From Candidatus Altimarinota bacterium (GTDB lineage Bacteria; Patescibacteriota; Gracilibacteria; JBDHUY01), in assembly GCA_039809385.1 (NCBI GenBank), contig JBDHUY010000016.1, positions 1 to 37,929 of the forward strand: DNA of 37,929 nucleotides, given 5' to 3'. The notes below the pieces were generated by a model. That model saw only the letters and a list, made by a program, of their open reading frames with translations, was not told the DNA's origin and ran no database searches. Shown here in pieces: positions 7,620-15,800 of this stretch. The position numbers were made by a program, and so were the translations under genes. How positions within the stretch are numbered: position 1 is the first letter of the stretch; each line of letters opens with the position of its first letter.

Positions 7620-7648
7620 AGCATAGAGGAAGTCAGCATATTATGCAA
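7620..7648 (-). promoter_or_regulatory. Sigma70-type promoter of E2
   Basis: TTGCAT-17 nt-TATGCT; arm A starts 7 nt downstream. Confidence 0.6.
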
Positions 7649-7723
7649 AATTGAAAAAGATTTTGACTATTGTAATAGTATACTGTTAGTATATTTATAT
7701 AATACTTTTTACCGAAACAGGTT

Positions 7724-8020
7724 ATGGGAGAAATAACTGGACGTGTATTGATTCAGGTTAGGGTTAATAAGATCTATCGAGACGAAGCGCGGGAGGTGCT
7801 TGACGATATCGGTATGGATGTAACCACCGCAGTTGAGATATTTCTAAAGACCGTAGCAAAAGAAAGAAAGATTCCTTTCACTCTTCGCGCTACGGATCCG
7901 CATGATTTCTATACCGAACAAGATCGCTTGGATATCCAGGAAGCGGCCCGCGAAATTGAAAAGGGCAATTTTATTACCCAAGAAGATCTGATGAAAAAAA
8001 TTAAAGCCCGTAAATCATGA
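7724..8020 (+). CDS. relB: RelB/DinJ-family antitoxin
   Basis: IQVRVNKIYRDEAREVLDDIGMDVTTAVEIFLKTVAKERKIPF is the RelB/DinJ RHH signature; ATGA overlap with the toxin. Confidence 0.9.
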   Translation: MGEITGRVLIQVRVNKIYRDEAREVLDDIGMDVTTAVEIFLKTVAKERKIPFTLRATDPHDFYTEQDRLDIQEAAREIEKGNFITQEDLMKKIKARKS

Positions 8021-8271
8021 AAGTTATATACTATCCCAAGGCTGAAGATTTTCTCCTCAAACTGACACCTAAAAAGTTTGCCGAAAGGATGATTAATAAA
8101 ATGCAGTGGTTTTCACAACAGGAAAATCCCTTGGACTTTGCCAAGCCACTGACTAATTTGCCGCCGGCAACACATCGATTCAGGATCGGGAATTATCGAG
8201 TTACTTTCAGTATCGATAAGGATCAGATCAATGTCTACAAAATTGATATTCGTAGCAAGATCTACAAATAA
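8017..8271 (+). CDS. relE: RelE/ParE-family toxin
   Basis: MKVIYYPKAEDFLLKL...HRFRIGNYRVTF...VYKIDIRSKIYK RelE signature. Confidence 0.9.
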   Translation: MKVIYYPKAEDFLLKLTPKKFAERMINKMQWFSQQENPLDFAKPLTNLPPATHRFRIGNYRVTFSIDKDQINVYKIDIRSKIYK

Positions 8272-8273
8272 GA

Positions 8274-9287
8274 TCACGCCCCCACTCCCCTCACCTGAAA
8301 ACCAGCAATTCCCGCCGAGGACTCTTCTGGGTTATTTTCTGTTTCGGGATCTTGCAGAATATCCTCAAAACTCATTTCACCATCAATGATCTGTGGTAAA
8401 TACGTTCTAGCCTTCGCATTTATGGCAGTTTCCGAAGAACTTAAAATTGCCGGTACTTCCGTCTTGGCTTTTTCTTTAAGGAATTCCCACTGATCCGGGT
8501 GCTCTTCTATCCAGGTATTCAAGATCTGGACTCGGGCCCTGTTCTGTTCTTCCTCTTTTTCTCTTCGACGTTGTTCCTGCTGTTCTTGCTCTCGTCGTTG
8601 TTGTCGTTCCTCTTCCTGTCGTTTTTCTTCCGGACGGACGTCCCAATTATCCTTGAGGGCTGAAATGATCCAAGCCTCCCGGCTGGTCTTGAACGATTCG
8701 ACCCGCCCTGATGCTTCGATCACTTCCTGAATCCGACCAGTCGGGTAATTATTGATTATTTTCTGCCCCTCTGATTTAGAGAAATGTAAATTCTGAAACA
8801 ACTCTTGTGGTTGTTCTTTTTTTGAGTATTGATCACCTGTTTGTTGTTCGTCGGAAACTGATTTCCGCTCTTGACCGGCAATAGATTTCCGAACAGGAGA
8901 GGAATTAGGTTGCCGATCGGGACCGGCAATAGATTTCCTTTCCATGATCTTGGCTTGGTATTCGGCTACAATGTCTTTTCTGGTTTGGGTAAAATCCAAG
9001 AAATGGTAGATATTTGGCCGGTTGAATCCTTGTCTTTCGATCATGATGAGCTTTTTTTTCTCCAGATCTTTCAAAATATTGCGGACCTGCCGTATACTGA
9101 TCTTCGAGTCTTGGCTTAAAGTATCCTGAGCCGGAAAAGCTTCCGGATTATGCCAGGCATAGCTTAAAAGAAGCATATACATTGCTTTTTCTTGTAGCGA
9201 GAGACTGCCAGTGTAGAGAATTACATTCGGCGTCTGGGCAAAACCGTCTCTGAGGATCGGATTGTGGAATACTGCCTTGTCATTCAT
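8274..9287 (-). CDS. Second replication initiator (HTH_36-type; probable plasmid-state Rep)
   Basis: GFAQTPNVIL...LSLQEKAMYMLLLSYAW...AFPAQDTLS...VRNILKDLEKKKLI...NRPNIY winged helix; WIISALKDNW C-terminal motif; internal iterons. Confidence 0.8.
   Translation of the reverse strand: MNDKAVFHNPILRDGFAQTPNVILYTGSLSLQEKAMYMLLLSYAWHNPEAFPAQDTLSQDSKISIRQVRNILKDLEKKKLIMIERQGFNRPNIYHFLDFTQTRKDIVAEYQAKIMERKSIAGPDRQPNSSPVRKSIAGQERKSVSDEQQTGDQYSKKEQPQELFQNLHFSKSEGQKIINNYPTGRIQEVIEASGRVESFKTSREAWIISALKDNWDVRPEEKRQEEERQQRREQEQQEQRRREKEEEQNRARVQILNTWIEEHPDQWEFLKEKAKTEVPAILSSSETAINAKARTYLPQIIDGEMSFEDILQDPETENNPEESSAGIAGFQVRGVGA
8849..8938. repeat. Four 24-bp-period iterons inside the second rep
   Basis: GACCGGCAATAGATTTCC is identical at 8873-8890 and 8921-8938, with degenerate copies at 8849-8866 and 8897-8914; semi-palindromic GG(A/C)A...TT(T/G)CC core. 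Confidence 0.8.
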
Positions 9288-10138
9288 TTAGATCCAAATA
9301 ACCATTTAAATAAACCTCTCGTATTTTTGTTTTTTTTAACTTCCTCTTTGGGATCTTCCTCTTCATGAATAACTTCCGTTTCTGGTATAATGATCTCCTC
9401 GGGAACTTTCGCGATTGCCTCAAAAATAGAACTCTGAGGAGCTTCTTGATACTCAGCATCTTCCGGCATCTGCAGATCTCCCGAGTCGGTGATCTCTGGA
9501 ATAAGTACCAGCTCCCGGGGATTTAACGCGCCTTCTCTTAGGCGGCGTACGTCTTGATTGTATCGTAAAGAGAGAATCTTGTACTTGCCTCGCAGATCGG
9601 CCAGCTGGGCTGCTGCTACGCTCGCCTCCTTAGCTAGTCGCTCTACTTCGCTGCTATGGTGTCTTTCCGCATCGACCCGGAGATCGTTCAATCTCTGGAT
9701 CTCTGCGTTGATCCGTTGACTTTCCTCTTGGGACTTCTGGAGCTCCCGCTCCATAAAATCATATAAGCGATCGTCGGTTTCTTTCGTCTCGACGGGCATG
9801 GTATTACGTTTTTGCGGTTCAGGTATTACGACCTCGGAAGGTATATTATAAATTGACTGGAAACCAGGTATTACATCACGGAATGCGTCGGGGGTGTATT
9901 CCTCAATTTTTTGGAAATCAAGTCTTACCTTGTCCGGGTGTCGCCGTGCAAATTCTCGAATCGAGCTCGCTGAAATAAAGGTCTGGGGTCGACCATTATA
10001 CTGTTTATCTTTTTTCCTAATCCCGTCGGAATAATAGCTCCATAGAGTCTTCACACTTTTTCCTATAATAGTAGCGGCTTCTGGAATCGCGTAAATATAA
10101 TCATCATCCTCACTCAGGATAGGAACATTTTTAGCCAT
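9284..10138 (-). CDS. HTH + coiled-coil protein with amphipathic C-terminal tail (pSK1 Par/RacA-like architecture; putative partition protein)
   Basis: YAIPEAATIIGKSVKTLWSYY HTH, central coiled coil, acidic disordered region, terminal RGLFKWLFGSK; ATGA-coupled to the second rep. Confidence 0.6.
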   Translation of the reverse strand: MAKNVPILSEDDDYIYAIPEAATIIGKSVKTLWSYYSDGIRKKDKQYNGRPQTFISASSIREFARRHPDKVRLDFQKIEEYTPDAFRDVIPGFQSIYNIPSEVVIPEPQKRNTMPVETKETDDRLYDFMERELQKSQEESQRINAEIQRLNDLRVDAERHHSSEVERLAKEASVAAAQLADLRGKYKILSLRYNQDVRRLREGALNPRELVLIPEITDSGDLQMPEDAEYQEAPQSSIFEAIAKVPEEIIIPETEVIHEEEDPKEEVKKNKNTRGLFKWLFGSK

Positions 10139-10409
10139 ATACGAAACGAATAATATTATGTATAAGAATATTATTCGACCTCTCTGGAATATGCAATACT
10201 ATGAAAGTAAATTGTGCTTACGTCTACTTTCTTTTGTTGCGTACTATTGCCTACATATTCGGCAATAAGCGAAATATGCTAAGTTGAAAAATCAGTATAT
10301 AAGCCAAAATATACGTAATACGTCTTCTTTCTTAATTACCGAAGTTATGTTATACTGCGAAAGAAATAGTAGGAAAAATACTTCACACAACGTAATACTA
10401 AAAACAAAA

Positions 10410-10601
10410 ATGGAAATACTAATCCTCGGATTCTTGATATTCTTTGCGAGTTTGTTCTTCTCCCACCTTCGCCGGATCGACCAGGGGGAGGAGAGTGTGC
10501 CAGACTCCTATACCGACCTTGTAGGGAGTTTTATATTTTTACAAAAACAAAATGAAAACAAAAAAAGAAACGCTCGAAAAAGTCGAGCAAACCGCCAGTG
10601 A
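10410..10601 (+). CDS. Small membrane protein (uncertain)
   Basis: ATG at 10410 after an A-rich leader; N-terminal hydrophobic MEILILGFLIFFASLFF. Confidence 0.4.
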   Translation: MEILILGFLIFFASLFFSHLRRIDQGEESVPDSYTDLVGSFIFLQKQNENKKRNARKSRANRQ

Positions 10602-11286
10602 TAGGCCCAAAACAATATTAGGTGCGGTTTACTACCGGGCCGTATCGGACGTCCTGGAACATGGAATCCAAGCTCCGCTACAGAGGGCTGTACGGGTGCT
10701 CGGTATCATGATACTGATACTCGTCCTGTCCTTCCCCTCATACATTGCTTCGGGAATGATCGCACTGTCCCGGGTGGAAGGGGGACGCTTGCAGACACTC
10801 ATACTTCTGTCGATCGCCGCACTTTTTTGGCCAAAAATAAAAAACGGAATTAAAAAGCTGCATAAAATCGTATTAGACGAATACAATCGAGTCAGGACGA
10901 TACAATATACTGGCCACCGCTTCGAAGGGATCCCAGTTCGTGACCTGATCGATTTTCTATTATCAAGCGACCCCTTCGGCCGAGATGTCTTTGAATTTCT
11001 TTTCCGGGATTTCGTAGCACATCCCCGGGAAGTTCACGCCAAGCTCAAAGAATACCTCCTGGAAGAAGGGATCCTAGTTCGTGCTAAGGAACGGGACAAC
11101 GCGATTGTGCTGAATCCCGAGATCGGGGAGGCTGCATTGATCGAATTTTTTCGGCGTCGGACGGGTGTCCTGAGCAGGGGAGAGCAGGCCCCCTCCCTCC
11201 CCTCGTTCACGATCAGAACAATTCATGGCGAAATTATGAGCGAACCGCATCCGCAAGGCACTGCAAACCAGCCGCAAACCGAGTAG
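10552..11286 (+). CDS. Membrane protein, two TM helices plus cytoplasmic helical domain
   Basis: Hydrophobic segments VLGIMILILVLSFPSYIASGMIAL and LILLSIAALFW; 244 aa. Confidence 0.7.
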   Translation: MKTKKETLEKVEQTASDRPKTILGAVYYRAVSDVLEHGIQAPLQRAVRVLGIMILILVLSFPSYIASGMIALSRVEGGRLQTLILLSIAALFWPKIKNGIKKLHKIVLDEYNRVRTIQYTGHRFEGIPVRDLIDFLLSSDPFGRDVFEFLFRDFVAHPREVHAKLKEYLLEEGILVRAKERDNAIVLNPEIGEAALIEFFRRRTGVLSRGEQAPSLPSFTIRTIHGEIMSEPHPQGTANQPQTE

Positions 11287-11390
11287 GGGAGGGGAGTACA
11301 AGCTCTACAGTTTAAAGTTGTTGACTTCCTATAAGATATGCTATATTTAGTATGTCTTTTTTTTCAAACGCCGTATTATTTTTTTCATAT

Positions 11391-11702
11391 ATGAAGAATA
11401 CGTATCAAAAAGGTCAAATCAGGACTTTAATCTTTCAACGACCTGACGGAATGTATTAGGGGGTTGTTTTTGAGTTTGGTATTGTGGAAGAGGGAGAGGA
11501 TAAATACAAGCTCTTGAAATCTTTACAGGAAGCAGCCAAGCTTTATCTGGAAACCATTGTGAAAGAAAAATGTTCCGAAGATCAACTCAATTATGAGATG
11601 GATCAGGAGTATGAAAGTTTGTGGCAAAAATCTCAAACCAAGAAACAATCATTTTTGTCGACCGACGAAGAGTCCTGGCTTTACAAATATATGAGTTTAT
11701 AG
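11391..11702 (+). pseudogene. HicB-like protein interrupted by an in-frame TAG (11457-11459)
   Basis: MKNTYQKGQIRTLIFQRPDGMY*GVVFEFGIVEEGEDKYKLLKSLQEAAKLYLE matches the HicB N-terminal fold pattern across the stop; TGcTATATT extended -10 upstream. Confidence 0.65.
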
Positions 11703-11717
11703 CCTGAGTCGATAATC

Positions 11718-11793
11718 TGGTAGCGGGCCCCGGAGTTGAACCGGGATAAGACAGGTTATGAATCTGCCAAGGTCGCCGTCCCTTCCACCCGCG
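11718..11793 (-). tRNA. tRNA with CAT anticodon (Met/fMet/Ile2), encoded CCA
   Basis: CGCGGGT-GG-AAGG/CCTT D-arm-GCAGA TTCATAA CCTGT-CTTAT-CCCGG TTCAACT CCGGG-GCCCGCT-A-CCA; 76-nt cloverleaf. Confidence 0.85.
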
Positions 11794-11964
11794 CTATTGT
11801 TTATCTTGTCTTTGCTGTTCTTTCCCAAAAAAATACCCAACGGCCAGCATCACCGCGCCGGATACTTCGGGTTGGACTTTTTTATTGACAAATAAATCGC
11901 CTGCCATGAGCAGGATTAGTGCTAACGCGATCATGAAGTGTGCAGACAATAAGGTATCTTTCAT
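11794..11964 (-). CDS. Putative holin, 56 aa (not in ORF track)
   Basis: MKDTLLSAHFMIALALILLMAGDLFVNKKVQPEVSGAVMLAVGYFFGKEQQRQDKQ*: two hydrophobic helices, GYFFG motif, charged tail, downstream of the endolysin. Confidence 0.7.
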   Translation of the reverse strand: MKDTLLSAHFMIALALILLMAGDLFVNKKVQPEVSGAVMLAVGYFFGKEQQRQDKQ

Positions 11965-12095
11965 TTTTTCAAAAAAATAATGAAATAAAATAGAAGCGCG
12001 AAATCTGCCAATAAATTAAAAATCAACAAAAATTCAAATAAAATCATAGTAGGGAAGGCATTTTACATTACTTTGTACAATAATAGTTGTGCAAA

Positions 12096-12827
12096 TTATT
12101 CTAGTAATTTAAGCCGATCGAGCGCCACTGCAAACCGTTCGCGCGTCAGTATGTTCTCAATTTTTTCGAAAGCCCCGAGTCTCTGCAAAACAATCTCCAG
12201 CATTTCATTCGTTACGATACCTTGGGGATCCTGACCGTTGAAGACTCCTTTTTTTTGGGCTTTTTCCCATGCTACGGAAGCCCATTCGCTGGGCTCGGTT
12301 TTTACAGGTTCTTTTGGGAAAAGGATATTCTCTAATTCCTGCAGAGCGACGGCACCCTCTTTTACGATTTTGTCACGTTTTTCGATATCTGAGATATCGA
12401 TCATTTCCAGCAACCAAGCTGGACACCGTGTATCCCGAATAATCCCCAGCCGGCCTTGACGTGCCGAAGTATCCGGACGGACCCAGTAGCGATCGTGGCC
12501 AAATAGATCTTTCCAGTACCGGCCGGTTACGTCTCCCTGCTTTTTTGCCCATTCGCTCCCATCAAAATAAAACACCCCGCAATCGCTGCCCGGATCCTTG
12601 TCCTCAGCATCGCAATGTAGCTCGATCAGATAGTCTTCGGGCATGATATAGCGGTTTGCATATTCGATGCGCGCGCCCAGCGCAAAAAACGGCACCGTGC
12701 GCATCCCTCTCTTTTTGCATTCATTAACGATGGCGATAGTCACCTCTCGCTCGTTTACTCCGTCTTTGCCCTGAGTCCCCGATTCTCCCGGACCCGAATG
12801 GCCGGCGCTGATCCAGAGGTTTGGCAT
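12096..12827 (-). CDS. Endolysin, N-acetylmuramoyl-L-alanine amidase (Amidase_3) with C-terminal SLH-like domain
   Basis: ISAGH...NERE...IELHCDA...LGIIRDTRCPAWLLEM zinc-amidase motifs; SEWASVAWEKAQKKGVFNG...TRERFAVAL SLH-like; likely start MPNLW at 12827. Confidence 0.9.
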   Translation of the reverse strand: MPNLWISAGHSGPGESGTQGKDGVNEREVTIAIVNECKKRGMRTVPFFALGARIEYANRYIMPEDYLIELHCDAEDKDPGSDCGVFYFDGSEWAKKQGDVTGRYWKDLFGHDRYWVRPDTSARQGRLGIIRDTRCPAWLLEMIDISDIEKRDKIVKEGAVALQELENILFPKEPVKTEPSEWASVAWEKAQKKGVFNGQDPQGIVTNEMLEIVLQRLGAFEKIENILTRERFAVALDRLKLLE

Positions 12828-12886
12828 GGGACAAAATTTAAAAAGTTGGACCGCAAATAGAACAAACCCAATCAAAAGTCAAGATT

Positions 12887-15800
12887 TTATATCCCCCCAA
12901 ATTTTTTCTTGAGCCGCTGATATGATTCTTTCTGCTCCGGCGAAAGCTTGCTATAGATCTTATCGGCTTCTTCTTTGCCATGTTCGGCTTTCACTTTCTG
13001 GATATCGACAAAAATCTGGTATGTATCCTTGTCGGTGGCCTTGGTGTCCTTGGCTTTATCCGCCGCTTTCAGCTTTTTGTAGATATCGCGCTTTTCGGGT
13101 GGGAGTTTGAAATATTCTTCGTCCGCTTTGGCCGAGTCAGTCTCTTTCATTTTTCGAATCCTCTCATACTCAGGGCGAAAAGCTTCCCTCTCATCGCGAT
13201 CTTTCTTTTCGACTTCGTCGACGGCTCGATAGTATTCGTTATCTTTATTGCCGAAACGAAAGGGTAGTTCCAGGCCGGAAAGCGCGGCTTGGGTGGCGGA
13301 AGATTTTCCCGTGGCATAATCGACCCCACTTTTTACATACGTTGGCACGACTAATTGCGAGAGCTCTCCCAGTACATTGGCGATTTGCTTTTCTATTGGT
13401 ATGTCGTTTCCATAGCGATCTTTCCCATAGATCGGCCGTCCGAGATAGTCCGTATTGGCGGCTAGATGGGTAAATACTCCCAACGGTATAGATAGCCGGT
13501 TCGATACCACCCGGAATACTCCCGACGCATCTCCTCGCATCAAGCCGACGGCGACATCCAGCGGGATCCTCAAAAAATCCACCGCGGTACCAAAGGGACG
13601 CATATAGATCGGATCGCCATTCTCGTCTTGGCCGATCTGGATTTCCCACCAGTGTTTAGGATCCTGCTCCCAGAGGTGCTTGCCATGCATAGCGTAGTTG
13701 AGCGTATCCAGTGTCGTGATGCCCAGGATCATGTTCCGCACCATTCTCCGGTAGGGCGCAAACCGCGGATTAAACCAGTTCTTGGGAGTAAATCCCCGAA
13801 TTGCGTTCGCGCCCAAGCGCACATTAGTTTCGGCCCAGTCTGGGGCTAGGATGAAAACCCTGAGAATATTCTGCATCTCGCGACTCCGTCCCCACAAATC
13901 GTAGTTTATACCGCCGAAAAGGTTGTTCGTTACTTCGGCCGCGCGTTCTTTAGCCTCGGGTACTTTGTTTTTCAGAAAATCTTTGTAAATCTCTTCGTAA
14001 GCTTTGAGCTTGAGTGCGGGCAGCATTTTTTCGAAAAGTCCGTTTTCAAACAGATGATTCTGGATCTCTCCTGCCCAGGAAGGAATCAGTTTTATTTTTT
14101 CGGCCAAGTTAAGTTTCATATTCATCGGCGCGTTTTCGAGCTCTTCTTTGGTCATCGACTCCTTGGCGCGCATCGCTTTGACGACTTCCGCATCTTTGTT
14201 GATATCCTTAATCGCTTCTGCCAGTCCCCGTTTGAGACTGGTTACCGCTTCTTTCTCGGTATTCATTTTGAGACCATGCTGAACGGCATCAATCATCAGT
14301 TCGCTTTTGTCCATTTGCAACAGATACTTTTCAGCCTCGGCCGGGCGTACCATATACCACAGACCGGTTAAAGCTTGACCGACGGGATTCTTGGCTGCTA
14401 TTACCGATCGAGCCAAAATATTAAACCCGTGCGCATTCATGGCGGTAAAGGGAACACCCGAAGACAGTACAATATTTTTCATCTTCGACGTGTAGTTGGC
14501 GAGCTTAGCCAGTGGACCCGTGGGATTATCCAGATAGTTATTGATAAACTTGGCCAGCTCGGCCGGGGCCGCATAGCGTCCGGTATAGGTGTGCTGTCCG
14601 GCGCTCGCTTCGCCGACGATCGTGGTAAAGCGCGGAAAACCGTCGCCCAGTGTTTTCCACCCGATAGGCGCGCTCTCTTCGGGTTGGATAAACCCCTCGT
14701 CTGCTAAATACTTAAACAGCGTTCGGTCTGCCAGAGCTTTCTCTAGCGTGCGCTCGTACCATCCGGCGAGCTGCGAGATACTGGTATAGCGAGGTGTGAG
14801 GCCGTATTTTATGCCCATCTGATAGGATTCGATCGTCCGATGAATGGAAAAAGACGGTTTCTGGGTAAGACGGGAAACGATCTCGTTGACCTCCTGCTCG
14901 CTGTTGCGCCATAGTTGCGGCAGGTAGTGTTTCCAGTAGCCCATCTGTATACCGGCATTCGTGGCTTTGCGTCCGGCGGCGTCGAAAAAAGCTTTGACTT
15001 CCTGATACCCGTCGATCGTCCCGGCTTGAAATTCGAGGATCCCTTCCAGTCCTTTTTTGTCGTATTTTTCGAATTCGCGCTTTCTGAGATACCCCGATGT
15101 TTTGGCGGCGGAACGGTTGTTTATCCAGCGGCGCAGTTCTTTCTGCAGATCTTCGGTAAATGCCGCAAAGCCTTTTTTCTTAATATTACCGGCTACCGCC
15201 CAGAGCGCGGCGCGCTGAACCGCTTCGGGAGAGGTATCTATTTCGATGCGCTGCACGCCTTTGAGTTCGTCTCCCGACTGTAATACTTCTCGCAACGCTT
15301 GTTCCCCTTGTTCGATGATTGCTTTCTTCTCTGCATCGGTACGGGTATCAAAGAGTTGTTCTTGTTTGACCTGCAGAGGAATGGTTTCTTCCTGGGCTTT
15401 CTTAAATGTTTCGTCCAGAGAAACCAGCGGTTTTGCTTCGCCGGACGCTTCCACGCCGCTGAGATTCATATCTTCCTGCTGCGGCTGAAATTGTGCGTTA
15501 TAGTCCTGGACATATTCGGTATAGGTCTTGAGCCGATATTGATTGCCCCGGACATGCGCACGCAAAAATTCGGGCATCATGCTTGCCCGGGCGGCGCGGT
15601 ACTTTTCGGCTAGGAGCGTATACTCGTCTTTGGTGAGTAAATGGGGCGGTTCGTTGTCTTGTTCTGGCGTATCAAAGCTCATATCTTCTTGTGGCTCGAT
15701 TGACTTTTGGGTGGATTGTGATATGCTGGTAGCAGGTGATTCACCGACGCCAGAAAGCATAGCGCGCCCCAGCTGGCTTGCAGTCCCTTCCGGAGGGAAA

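Noticed and set aside
7175-7723. CRISPR or TIGR-like array in the intergenic region
   Set aside because: No regularly spaced direct repeats and no cas or Nop-domain gene; the signal is inverted complementarity.
11457-11459. Genome-wide TAG or TGA stop-codon reassignment
   Set aside because: Long genes are intact under code 11, several end in TAG right before the next gene, ATGA overlaps are frequent, and the only tRNA has a CAT anticodon.
11718-11793. tRNA as an attP/attB integration site
   Set aside because: No integrase gene and no duplicated tRNA 3' fragment were seen in the window.
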